Shown here: positions 1-9,186 of the stretch, one piece after another | Position numbering within the stretch: position 1 is the stretch's first letter | Layout of the letters: the number at the start of each line of letters is the position of its first letter | Source: Oscillospiraceae bacterium | Lineage (GTDB): Bacteria; Bacillota; Clostridia; Oscillospirales; Oscillospiraceae | Assembly: GCA_904501855.1 (NCBI GenBank) | Contig: CAJGCI010000002.1 | Location: 1,182-65,181 of the forward strand | Direction of reading: 5' to 3' | DNA length: 64,000 bases | The notes under the pieces: model-generated | The model's database searches: none | The model's input: only the letters and a program-made list of their open reading frames with translations | Told to the model about the DNA's origin: nothing | Program-made: the position numbers and the translations under genes

Positions 1-1
1 G

Positions 2-559
2 ACCGCCATCAAGACACAGGAAGTGATCGCATCTGCGCTTGGCGGAGTACTGTTCATCGATGAAGCATATTCCCTCTCCTCCGGAGGAGAAAACGACTAC
101 GGCCGGGAAGCCATCGAGACTCTGCTGAAGGCCATGGAGGATCACCGGGATGAACTTGTAGTGATTGTTGCCGGCTATGATGAACCCATGGAAGCCTTCC
201 TCTCTTCCAATCCCGGACTGGAAAGCCGCTTTAACAAGTACTTTTATTTCCCGGATTATACCGGAGAAGAGCTGATGGGAATCTTCCAGCTGCAGTGCAA
301 GAAAAACGGTTATACTCTCTCGGAAGAGGCCGAGAAGCTGGCGAAGGAAGCATTCAACAAGATGTATGAAGAGCGCTCGGACAATTTCGGCAACGGCCGC
401 GATGTCCGCAATCGATTTGAAGATATGGTCTCCCGTCAGTCGGACCGCATCGCGCAGATGGAATCCCCCTCGAAAGAGGACCTCATGACCTTCCTGCCGG
501 AGGATCTGGTAAGTGCCGGTCTTATCGAGGACCCTTCCCTCTCCTCCGAAGATGTATGA
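2..559 (+). CDS. spoVK: AAA+ ATPase of the SpoVK/CbbX type, C-terminal part (5' end lies outside the window)
   Basis: The frame is open from the window edge. It contains GGVLFIDEAYSL (Walker B region), VVIVAGY, and SNPGLESRF (sensor/arginine finger region), all typical of SpoVK-like AAA+ proteins. Confidence 0.75.
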   Translation, partial: TAIKTQEVIASALGGVLFIDEAYSLSSGGENDYGREAIETLLKAMEDHRDELVVIVAGYDEPMEAFLSSNPGLESRFNKYFYFPDYTGEELMGIFQLQCKKNGYTLSEEAEKLAKEAFNKMYEERSDNFGNGRDVRNRFEDMVSRQSDRIAQMESPSKEDLMTFLPEDLVSAGLIEDPSLSSEDV

Positions 560-567
560 TTTAATAA

Positions 568-600
568 CAAAAAGTCCCGCTTCGAAGCGGGACTTTTTCT
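568..600. terminator. Bidirectional intrinsic terminator between convergent spoVK-like and coaX genes
   Basis: GC-rich hairpin gtcccgc/gcgggac flanked by an A-run upstream and a T-run downstream. Confidence 0.7.
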
Positions 601-602
601 TT

Positions 603-1367
603 TTATACGTTCTTATTATAAATTGTCATCAGGCCTTTCAGAAGCAGGTGGGGATCGATGAGGATCTCATGATGACAGTACGGGATAATCTTTCGGGCAT
701 GTCCGCCGGTGGAAACCACCGTACAGGTCTCTCCCAATTCTTCTTCGATACGCTCGATCGCGCCGTCGATGCTTCCCGCCGTGCTGTAGATGATACCGCT
801 TTTCATGCAGTCCACCGTGTTGGTTCCGATCACCTTTTTCGGGGCTTCCAGACTGATGTGAGGCAATTGTGAGGTGCGGTTTGCAAGAGAATCCAAAGAT
901 ACCTGGAGGCCGGGGATGATCATACCGCCCATAAAGTTCTTCTTACCATCGATCACGGAGATTGTCGTCGCCGTCCCCATATCCACGATGATCAGCGGGC
1001 ACGGATACTCTCCAATGGCACCCACCGCGTCCGCGACACGGTCGCTGCCCAGTTGTTTGGGGTCGTCCAGAAGGATGTTCAGTCCGGTCTTCATGCCGGA
1101 GCTGACCACCATCGCCTGCCGTCCGGTAAGACGGAAGATCGCCTGCTGCACGTTTTCCGTTACCGACGGAACGACGGAAGAGATAATGGCTCCGGTGATC
1201 TGTTCGTATTCCAGATGGTGCATCTCAAGACTTGTTTTGATGATGACGGCATACTCCAGCACCGTGGAGTCCCGGTCCGTGGACAGGCGGTCTTCAAACA
1301 GGATCTCCTTCTCGTCAAAACAACCCAGAACAATGTTGGAGTTTCCAATATCTACTGCAAGAATCAT
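603..1367 (-). CDS. coaX: Type III pantothenate kinase
   Basis: MILAVDIGNSN N-terminal ASKHA phosphate-1 motif and a length typical of CoaX. The ATG at 1367 is preferred because AAGGAG lies 8 nt upstream; the ORF track begins at 1385. Confidence 0.9.
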   Translation of the reverse strand: MILAVDIGNSNIVLGCFDEKEILFEDRLSTDRDSTVLEYAVIIKTSLEMHHLEYEQITGAIISSVVPSVTENVQQAIFRLTGRQAMVVSSGMKTGLNILLDDPKQLGSDRVADAVGAIGEYPCPLIIVDMGTATTISVIDGKKNFMGGMIIPGLQVSLDSLANRTSQLPHISLEAPKKVIGTNTVDCMKSGIIYSTAGSIDGAIERIEEELGETCTVVSTGGHARKIIPYCHHEILIDPHLLLKGLMTIYNKNV

Positions 1368-1388
1368 TGGGTTTTCTCCTTTCATTGA

Positions 1389-2006
1389 TCAGCGCTGCTC
1401 GGAAAGCGGAAGTGTTTTTGCTTTGTAAAGTGCAGCTCCCACCACACCGGTCACGAGTGTGGATGCAATCATTTCCACAACTGCATTGATTCCCACAAAT
1501 GCACAGATAAACACCAGTACGTTGCGGCCCGCCATCAGGCTCTGAACATATTCGGTATTGCCGAACAGAATAACCAAGGCGCTCATGAACAGCAGCGTAT
1601 TGAGAAATGCACTGGCAAAGCCAGCAATAAATACCGCAGATTCCGGCGCCATTTTTTTCGTACAGAACCGAAACAGATATCCGACCAGAAGACCGTCCAG
1701 TGCCCGCGGCACGAAACGCTGAATGAATGCCAGGAACGGATTAATGGAAAACAGCATCGCTCCCATTCCGCTGGGCACGCCGATCCCAATGCACTGCAGA
1801 AAGCTCAGAATGCCGAAAACAGATCCCATGGCAAGGCCGCCTTTGGGTCCCAAGGCAATCGCCGCAATGGCAACGGGAATGATGTTCAGTGTGATGGATA
1901 ACGGTCCGATGGGGATCGTTCCGATGGGCGTAAAGGAAAAAATGATAAGAATTGCCGTCATGAGGCTCATAATTACCAGCGCCCGGGTCTGATTACGTTT
2001 GACCAT
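1389..2006 (-). CDS. panT: ECF transporter S (substrate-binding) component, probably pantothenate-specific
   Basis: 205-aa polytopic membrane protein of about 6 TM helices with ECF S-component-like composition. Sits immediately upstream of coaX and divergent from coaBC. GGAGG lies 9-10 nt before the ATG. Confidence 0.6.
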   Translation of the reverse strand: MVKRNQTRALVIMSLMTAILIIFSFTPIGTIPIGPLSITLNIIPVAIAAIALGPKGGLAMGSVFGILSFLQCIGIGVPSGMGAMLFSINPFLAFIQRFVPRALDGLLVGYLFRFCTKKMAPESAVFIAGFASAFLNTLLFMSALVILFGNTEYVQSLMAGRNVLVFICAFVGINAVVEMIASTLVTGVVGAALYKAKTLPLSEQR

Positions 2007-2213
2007 ATTGAATTTTCCTCCTTGTTATTGCTCCCCAAAAGAGGATGCAGTACAATTTCGCGCTTATAATAGCATGACCGATCCAAGGAAGTAAATGGGT
2101 TTTTGTGAATAATTATCCGGGAAGGAAAGATTTTCTTTTCCGTCTCTTTCCCGGATTTCGTTCCTTTTTCTTTCATGGTATGATATAACAAAGGCGAATG
2201 GAGCGTGAGCAAG

Positions 2214-3407
2214 ATGCTAAAAAACAAAACCGTATTATTAGGTGTCACCGGCAGCATCGCTGCATATAAAATGGCCGGTGTGGTCAGATCACTGAAGAAG
2301 ATGGGCTGCCAGGTCCATGTTCTGATGACGGAGAATGCCACCCGTTTTATCTCCCCTATCACGTTTGAATCCCTTACCGGAAACAAATGTCTGGTGGATA
2401 CTTTTGACCGCAATTTTCAGTACAGCGTGGAGCACGTCGCTCTGGCAAAGCAGGCGGATGCTTTTCTCGTTGCCCCTGCAACAGCCAATGTGATCGGGAA
2501 GATTGCCAGCGGCATCGCCGATGATATGCTCACTACCACTATCATGGCGTGCACATGTCCGAAGATCATTGCTCCGGCAATGAATCACAACATGTATCAC
2601 AATCCCATTGTGCAGGACAATCTGGACAAGCTGGCCCGCTTCGGCTACGAGATCATCCCGCCGGAGTCCGGCATGCTGGCAAACGGCGACATGGGAGACG
2701 GCCGTCTGCCGGAAGAGTCCGTGCTGCTGGAATACGTTCTTCTGGCCTGTGCTTACGAACAGGACCTTCAGGGAACCAGTGTCCTGATCACGGCCGGTGC
2801 CACACGGGAATCGATGGATCCGGTGCGCTTTATTACCAATCACTCCTCTGGCAAAATGGGAGTCGCCCTGGCCCGGGCAGCAATGCTGCGCGGGGCGGAG
2901 GTCACGCTGGTTGCCGCGCATACGGATGTGGACCCGCCCATGTTCGTTCATACCATCCCCGTTGTTTCCGCGGAAGACATGTACCGGGAAGTCACTCAGC
3001 TGGCGCCGGATATGGATATCATCATAAAAGCTGCCGCAGTGTCGGATTACACTCCTGCAGTAACTGCTGATGAGAAAATGAAGAAGAAAGACGGAGAATT
3101 GTCCGTGGAACTCGTCCGCACAAAGGATATCCTGAAGCAGCTGGGTTCACAGAAGCGGGAGGATCAGTTCCTTTGCGGCTTCTCCATGGAAACGGAAAAT
3201 CTGCTGGAAAATTCCAGAAAGAAACTGGAGTCCAAAAACTGCGATATGATCTGTGCCAACAGTCTCCGGAAAGAAGGTTCCGGATTTGGTACCGACACCA
3301 ACATCATTACCCTGATCACCCTGGAGCAGATGGAAGAACTGCCTCTCATGAGCAAGGAAGAAGCTGCGCACCGCATTCTGGATACCATTCTCCGGCTGCG
3401 TGCCTGA
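2214..3407 (+). CDS. coaBC: Bifunctional phosphopantothenoylcysteine decarboxylase / phosphopantothenate-cysteine ligase
   Basis: N-terminal flavoprotein motif LLGVTGSIAAYK, the PAMNxxM region, and a C-terminal CoaB domain (ITAGATRESMDPVRFITNHSSGKMG). The ATG at 2214 is favoured over the GTG at 2205 on RBS spacing. Confidence 0.92.
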   Translation: MLKNKTVLLGVTGSIAAYKMAGVVRSLKKMGCQVHVLMTENATRFISPITFESLTGNKCLVDTFDRNFQYSVEHVALAKQADAFLVAPATANVIGKIASGIADDMLTTTIMACTCPKIIAPAMNHNMYHNPIVQDNLDKLARFGYEIIPPESGMLANGDMGDGRLPEESVLLEYVLLACAYEQDLQGTSVLITAGATRESMDPVRFITNHSSGKMGVALARAAMLRGAEVTLVAAHTDVDPPMFVHTIPVVSAEDMYREVTQLAPDMDIIIKAAAVSDYTPAVTADEKMKKKDGELSVELVRTKDILKQLGSQKREDQFLCGFSMETENLLENSRKKLESKNCDMICANSLRKEGSGFGTDTNIITLITLEQMEELPLMSKEEAAHRILDTILRLRA

Positions 3408-3419
3408 AACGATGTTGAT

Positions 3420-3466
3420 AAAAAAGAGTTCCTGAGACCGTCAAAATCTCAGGAACTTTGTTTTTT
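3420..3466. terminator. Bidirectional intrinsic terminator (coaBC / GDPD gene, convergent)
   Basis: Perfect 11-bp stem agttcctgaga/tctcaggaact with an A-run before and a T-run after. Confidence 0.75.
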
Positions 3467-3477
3467 CGGTTTTTCTG

Positions 3478-4587
3478 TTATATCTGGACCCATTTGCGGC
3501 GGATTTTCGGATCCGGAGTGTAATGCTCAAAGATCACGGAATCGTAATGTTTCTCGTTGCCTTCCTCCCGGCTCGTCCAGCAGAAGCGCATCGCACCCAT
3601 CTTTTCCGACATCTTCACGGACATCGGCTGCTTGCCGATCTTATATGCCACAAACTGCGGACGGCTCATGAAATTGAGCAGCCCGTTGCCCACCAGGAAC
3701 GCTCCCACCGGGTGCAGTTCCTCTTTTTTGAAGTCTTTTGGCCGTTTAGCCAGCTGTCCGCGCACCACATGGGGTGCATGGAACCGGAACCATGCAACGA
3801 TCCTGGGGTCGAAACTTTCAATGCAGTAATCCCCTTTGTAGCTTTTCAGCAGTTTCAGCGTCTTTCTGCATAACTCCCGGTTCTTCTTTCCGCTTTTCAG
3901 CTCCACCAGCAGCGTACTCCGTCCGTCAACACAGTCAAGCACATCCGAAAACAGCGGCACGGTCTGATCTGTTCCGCACAGGTGGATCTTTTTAAGTTCA
4001 TCGTATGTCTTGGAATCCACTCGTCCCTTCACTCCGCAGACGCGTTTCAGGGTATTATCATGGAACACCACGACCTTACCGTCTTTGGAGAGCTGAACAT
4101 CCAGCTCGATGCCGTACCCGGCTTCCGCTGCCCGCCGGAATGCTTCCATGGAATTTTCCGGAACGCTCTTGTCCTTCGTATGCAGCCCGCGGTGGGCGTA
4201 ATTGACATTTTTAAACTTCGCCTTATCCTTTTTTCTCGCCTGTCCCGGTGTGATCAGGAACGCGGCGAAGCCAGCCATCAGCGCCGCATTGCGGGTAATA
4301 TGGTATTCCCGGTTGATGCGGACGGCTTTCCGCCGGATCGTATTGATCCGGTTGATCTTCTGTATCTTTTTTGCTTCTTCATTCAGAGCTGTTCTGGCAG
4401 TATGCACGGCAGCCGCGACTCTTCCTGCGTCGGCAGCTCCGGACATCACCTTTCCCTGAGCGGAGAGCTTTTGTACTTCCTTTTTCAGTTTCTTGTTGAC
4501 CTTCTTCAGCCGGGCATTCTTCTTGTATGTACGTTCCAGTTTTCGAAGATCCCGTTTCACGTTTTTCAACGAACTCACATTAATCAC
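3478..4587 (-). CDS. Membrane-anchored glycerophosphodiester phosphodiesterase (GDPD) family protein with a long basic N-terminal extension
   Basis: GDPD core motifs HRGLH...ENSMEAFRRA...IELDVQLSKDGKVVVFHD. One TM segment (LMAGFAAFLI) is preceded by about 100 aa rich in Lys/Arg. The exact start is uncertain: GTG 4587 or GTG 4578. Confidence 0.8.
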   Translation of the reverse strand: MINVSSLKNVKRDLRKLERTYKKNARLKKVNKKLKKEVQKLSAQGKVMSGAADAGRVAAAVHTARTALNEEAKKIQKINRINTIRRKAVRINREYHITRNAALMAGFAAFLITPGQARKKDKAKFKNVNYAHRGLHTKDKSVPENSMEAFRRAAEAGYGIELDVQLSKDGKVVVFHDNTLKRVCGVKGRVDSKTYDELKKIHLCGTDQTVPLFSDVLDCVDGRSTLLVELKSGKKNRELCRKTLKLLKSYKGDYCIESFDPRIVAWFRFHAPHVVRGQLAKRPKDFKKEELHPVGAFLVGNGLLNFMSRPQFVAYKIGKQPMSVKMSEKMGAMRFCWTSREEGNEKHYDSVIFEHYTPDPKIRRKWVQI

Positions 4588-4722
4588 CTTCTTATGGTTT
4601 TATCATAATCTTCTCCATAACACAGTTCAACCACAAAAACTCACAGTTTTTTTAAAATCATATGGATTCTCCCTGCTGCATTGGGTACAATGGAACTATC
4701 ATCAAAATAGGAGCTGATTCCT

Positions 4723-6282
4723 TTGAAACTGAACTATAAACGCACGATCTGTGTGGGCTTTGCCTTTTTTCTGATCTGCGCATTCTGGCAAGCATATGAT
4801 AATACGATCCCGCTGATCCTGACCAACAAGTTTGGCATGAAGCAGACCTGGTCCGGTTTTATTATGGCGCTGGACAATATCCTTGCCCTGTTCCTGCTCC
4901 CTCTGTTCGGTTCTCTGTCGGACCGAAGCACCAGCCGGTTCGGACGGCGCACCCCGTTTATCGTCGCCGGCACACTGGTAGCGGTCGTGGCCTTTGTCGG
5001 ACTTTCCTTTGTGGATGCCGCTCAGCTGAAGCATCTGTCCGAGGTCTCCGCCATCGATGATCCCGTTGCCATGCAGACCATTTATTCCGCAGAACAGGAT
5101 CAGTCCCTTCTGACTCCGGAAGGTGATTCCTTCGTGCTTTCCGAACTGTATACCGCGGAGGAGTTCACGGCAATTCAGAGTCAGATCACTGAGGGCGATT
5201 CCACCATTACGAACCCGGATTATACCAATTATGTCGTCCCTGCACGTCAGGCGTATGCCTGGCAGACGACGGCGGAATCTCCCAGCACTCTGATATTCTT
5301 TATTCTTCTGTTGCTGATAGTTCTGGTATCCATGGCCATCGCACGATCTCCGGCTGTGGCGCTGATGCCGGACGTCACCATGAAGCCGCTCCGATCCAAG
5401 GCAAATGCCGTCATTAATCTCATGGGAAGCGCCGGCGGAATTCTGGTGCTGATCCTCGGAATGGTCTTTGCCACCAGTGCTGTTCGAAACTCCCTGATGA
5501 GCTATGTGGGATATTTCTCCACCATTGCCCTGATCATGATCATTGCTCTGGTAATCTTCCTCCTCACCGTCCGGGAACCCAAATTTGTGGCAGAAATGCA
5601 CAAGGACAGCGAGCGTTACGGTCTTCTGGAAGATGCCGATCCCGAAGAGGATCATGAACACAAAAAACTGGGGCCCGGCGAAAGGACTTCCCTGCTCCTG
5701 ATCCTGTCGTCCATTGTATTATGGTTTATGGGATACAACGCAATCACTTCCAAGTATTCCGTTTATGCCAGCAATATTCTCCACAAGGATTATAACTTCA
5801 CCCTGATCATTGCCCAGGCTGCAGCGATCATCTCCTACCTGCCCGTCGGCATCATTGCCTCCAAGATCGGCAGAAAGAAGACCATTATCGCGGGTGTCAT
5901 CATGCTGACAACAGCGTTCACCGCCGGTATCTTCATGCGGGCTGACAGTCCGACGCTGATCATGAACTGCATTTTTGCTCTTGCAGGAATCGCTTGGGCA
6001 ACGATCAACGTCAACTCCTTCCCCATGGTCGTGGAAATGTGTTCCGGCGGCGATGTGGGCAAATACACCGGCTATTATTATTCTGCTTCCATGGCAGCAC
6101 AGGTCGTTACACCGGTCTTTTCCGGTTATCTTATGGACAAGCTCGGTATGACGTCTCTGTTCCCATATGCTGCTATCTTTACCGGACTGGCCTTCTTCAC
6201 AATGCTCTTTGTCCGACACGGTGACTCAAGACCCGAAGCAAAACATGGGCTGGATGCGTTGGAAGATATGGATTCCGACTGA
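4723..6282 (+). CDS. MFS transporter (GPH/SLC45-like signature) with a large extra loop
   Basis: About 12 TM helices and GSLSDRSTSRFGRRTPF in the TM2-3 loop. An insertion of about 100 aa (residues ~95-195) is hydrophilic. TTG start with AGGAG 9 nt upstream. Confidence 0.8.
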   Translation: MKLNYKRTICVGFAFFLICAFWQAYDNTIPLILTNKFGMKQTWSGFIMALDNILALFLLPLFGSLSDRSTSRFGRRTPFIVAGTLVAVVAFVGLSFVDAAQLKHLSEVSAIDDPVAMQTIYSAEQDQSLLTPEGDSFVLSELYTAEEFTAIQSQITEGDSTITNPDYTNYVVPARQAYAWQTTAESPSTLIFFILLLLIVLVSMAIARSPAVALMPDVTMKPLRSKANAVINLMGSAGGILVLILGMVFATSAVRNSLMSYVGYFSTIALIMIIALVIFLLTVREPKFVAEMHKDSERYGLLEDADPEEDHEHKKLGPGERTSLLLILSSIVLWFMGYNAITSKYSVYASNILHKDYNFTLIIAQAAAIISYLPVGIIASKIGRKKTIIAGVIMLTTAFTAGIFMRADSPTLIMNCIFALAGIAWATINVNSFPMVVEMCSGGDVGKYTGYYYSASMAAQVVTPVFSGYLMDKLGMTSLFPYAAIFTGLAFFTMLFVRHGDSRPEAKHGLDALEDMDSD

Positions 6283-6305
6283 CAGAACACTGATAATCAA
6301 TAATA

Positions 6306-6347
6306 ATACGCAGGACCGTTTCTGACCGTGTCCTGCGTATTTCTTTT
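6306..6347. terminator. Bidirectional terminator between the MFS gene and the end of the orphan operon
   Basis: Perfect 11-bp stem atacgcaggac/gtcctgcgtat followed by ttctttttt on the plus strand. On the minus strand it starts 8 nt after the stop of the last operon gene. Confidence 0.7.
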
Positions 6348-7757
6348 TTATTTCAGCCGTTTATCCAGTGAATCCGGAATGATGTTTACGTGCTCGATGC
6401 GCTCATGCCGAAGCACCTTCTGATTGTACTGTTCAACGGCGGCTTCAACGGATCGGGCTGGATCTTTCACATAAAGATCTGCCGACAGCCGGTCACGGAC
6501 AAGGGTCAGATCTGCGCGGTGAATATTGGGATCAAGCGCACACAGCATTTCCGACAATGCCGTCACATCCATGGTCTCACCGTTGGAGCCCACCAGCGTT
6601 TTCTTCTTCCTCTGGAGCACGATCAGTTTGCCGTTTCGGATCTTGCCGATATCTCCGGTGTGGAAGTATCCGTTTTCATCAAAACACTCTTCTGTCAGCT
6701 GTTCATCCAGGTATCCGAGAAAGACATTTTCTCCCTTTACAATAATCTCCCCGACGCCCTGTTCATCCGGATCGAAGATTCTGGCATCAATGTTGGAGAA
6801 GATCGTACCGGCGCTGTCATCGTCCTGATCTCCCGGATAATCGATGGAGAAAGAGGCGGCAGTTTCGGACATTCCGAAAGCCTGCAGCATGGGAAGTCCG
6901 CGATAGGCTCTTCGAAGTTCCTTCGGGCATGGTGCCCCGCTGCAGAAAAGGAAGCGGATCCTTGACCCAAAAGCCTGCCCGATCTGATCTCCGTACTGAT
7001 CCAGCAGTTTCTTATACACAAGCGGAACCGCGCAGAAGAAGGTGGGCTGTGACTCCAGCAGTTCCTCCGCAATCTTTGAAGTGGACGATGCCAGGAAGAT
7101 CTGGTACCCGTCAATTAGAGACAAATAATAACAGTAGCAGCTGGCGTATACATGATTCAGAGGAAGAAACAGGTACACCCTGTCTTCCGTCGTATACTGG
7201 ACTCTCTTGGACAGCTCCGAATAGCCGAAAAAGATATTTCTCAGTGACAGCTGGACGCCTTTGGACGGCCCTGTTGTTCCGGAAGAGAACACGATTTTGC
7301 TGCAGACATCCGGATCCCGGGATGAAAGATGGAACAATTGTTCACTTTCCGGCAGGTGCGGGATCTCATCAAAGCAGAGCGTCCGGATCTTCATCGTCTC
7401 CGGGATCTTCCGAACGGTCTCTTCCTTCTCCGACGCATACAGGATCGCTCTGGCGCCGATGGCTTCTGCGAGCTTCCGAACGCTTTCCCCTTTCATATCT
7501 TTGGCTACCACAACGCTGATTCCCACAAATGCTGTAACGGCAAGATCCGCCACCATCAGGGAATAGGAATTTCTCCCGTAGATAATGACCTTTTCATCCG
7601 CCAGCCCGAGCCGGAGCAGGTACTCCGCCAGGCGATAGGTGTCTTCGGTGAACTGACCAAACGTCGTTCCCTCAAATCGTCCCTGTACCTTCTGGAAGAT
7701 ATACTGGTTGTTTTTCCATTTCTGGTAATCTTCTTTCAGCAGCTTATTGACATCCAC
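6348..7757 (-). CDS. AMP-forming adenylating enzyme (ANL superfamily), operon gene 8
   Basis: FSSGTTGPSKGV (A3/P-loop motif) and YFHTGDIG...GKLIVLQRKKK (A7/A8-like). 469 aa, which is shorter than typical acyl-CoA synthetases. Confidence 0.8.
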   Translation of the reverse strand: MDVNKLLKEDYQKWKNNQYIFQKVQGRFEGTTFGQFTEDTYRLAEYLLRLGLADEKVIIYGRNSYSLMVADLAVTAFVGISVVVAKDMKGESVRKLAEAIGARAILYASEKEETVRKIPETMKIRTLCFDEIPHLPESEQLFHLSSRDPDVCSKIVFSSGTTGPSKGVQLSLRNIFFGYSELSKRVQYTTEDRVYLFLPLNHVYASCYCYYLSLIDGYQIFLASSTSKIAEELLESQPTFFCAVPLVYKKLLDQYGDQIGQAFGSRIRFLFCSGAPCPKELRRAYRGLPMLQAFGMSETAASFSIDYPGDQDDDSAGTIFSNIDARIFDPDEQGVGEIIVKGENVFLGYLDEQLTEECFDENGYFHTGDIGKIRNGKLIVLQRKKKTLVGSNGETMDVTALSEMLCALDPNIHRADLTLVRDRLSADLYVKDPARSVEAAVEQYNQKVLRHERIEHVNIIPDSLDKRLK

Positions 7758-9186
7758 GTTTCTGTTCCTTTTCTACAAGTTTTTTCAGCTTCAGATAATT
7801 GATCTTCGTATGGTGCTTGATGTCTTTGGGAATGGGGTCCAGGCACACCACCTTGGCTTCCAGCCGGTAGTGCTCCCGGAGGAAGCTTCGGATCATCTCC
7901 GGTTCTGTGCTGCTCTTTTCATAAAACAGGACCGTTTCTCCGTTCTGGTATACAACTGCACATTTCGGGATCGCCGGGAACTGAAGGATCACCTGCTGTT
8001 CGATCTCATTTGCACAGAGCTGCTGTCCCTCGACGGGGACATAAAATCCGTGCTTTCCACGATACAGAAGCCTTTCTTCTTTCAGCATCCCCACATCGTG
8101 AGTGTCATAGTATCCGTCCTGCAGGCGGATGTCCTCAAAGGACTTCGTGAGAAGCGCATCGCTTCGTACCAGGATATGCCCGTTGTCATCGATCCGGACT
8201 GAAACGCCGTCACACACTCTTCCCAGGGAACAGATCCCTTCTTCTTTCAGGTCGCGGATGAATTCATCCAGCGTATTCATGGCTATGAGATTACACTCTG
8301 TGGAGCCGTAAATATAAATGATCCTGCAGTCAGGATATTTTTCCTTTATGATCTCCGCCTCATGGAGGTTCAGGACCGCGCCGCCGAAATACATCAGTTC
8401 CAGGTGCGGATACATATTGGGTGTGCGCAGACAGAAATCCGGGGACGTCATGATCCGGGTGATGGCCAGATCCTGGAACTTCTCCAGCTTGCGAATGATC
8501 TTTTCCGTATTCTTCCTGCCCAGATTCACGTTGGGAATGGCAGTCGTCATGCCCTGGATAAGGTTTGAAAAGATATAGATATAGGACGTCGTAAGAACGA
8601 TATCCTCATTCTTTTTCGCTTCATTGTTTCTGGTCGTCAGGCGAAGCTGCTCATACAGATCGCCATGAGACCGGAGAAACAGTTTCGGCGTCCCGGTCGA
8701 TCCAGTCGTTACTGTTATCAGCCCGGCCGCGTCTTCTTCGATCTCATCCGGAACATACTCCTTTTCCGGACGCTCACTGTAAACGTGATCGATATTGATC
8801 ACGCTGCGGATCTCCCGGAAAGCCGGAAATGCATTCCTTGCCAGCTTTGTGTGGTTGGAAACCAGGATGTGATGCGGTCTGGTCTTTTGAAAAATCTCCT
8901 GCAGACTTTCCTGTTTTGCATAGATGTCCACGTACATGACGGAAACACCCATGCACATAGTCGCCAGCATGAACAGACACAGCGTGTAGCCGGAACTGGT
9001 AAATGTAAGGACCCGGTCTCCGGACTGTACGCCGTGATGATGCAGTACCGATACCATTTCTTCGACTTCTTTTCTCAGTTCCGCAAAGGTCCGGCTCTCC
9101 CGCCTGTTTTTCCGGAGATAATACACCGCAGTGCGTTCTTTGTTCTCCTCGCACGATTTATAGAATTCCTGTACAATCCTGCTCAT
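7744..9186 (-). CDS. AMP-forming adenylating enzyme (ANL superfamily), operon gene 7
   Basis: VTTGSTGTPKLF (A3 motif), YGSTE (A5-like) and YYDTHDVG...YRGK (A7/A8-like). 480 aa. Overlaps the next gene by 14 nt. Confidence 0.8.
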   Translation of the reverse strand: MSRIVQEFYKSCEENKERTAVYYLRKNRRESRTFAELRKEVEEMVSVLHHHGVQSGDRVLTFTSSGYTLCLFMLATMCMGVSVMYVDIYAKQESLQEIFQKTRPHHILVSNHTKLARNAFPAFREIRSVINIDHVYSERPEKEYVPDEIEEDAAGLITVTTGSTGTPKLFLRSHGDLYEQLRLTTRNNEAKKNEDIVLTTSYIYIFSNLIQGMTTAIPNVNLGRKNTEKIIRKLEKFQDLAITRIMTSPDFCLRTPNMYPHLELMYFGGAVLNLHEAEIIKEKYPDCRIIYIYGSTECNLIAMNTLDEFIRDLKEEGICSLGRVCDGVSVRIDDNGHILVRSDALLTKSFEDIRLQDGYYDTHDVGMLKEERLLYRGKHGFYVPVEGQQLCANEIEQQVILQFPAIPKCAVVYQNGETVLFYEKSSTEPEMIRSFLREHYRLEAKVVCLDPIPKDIKHHTKINYLKLKKLVEKEQKRGCQ

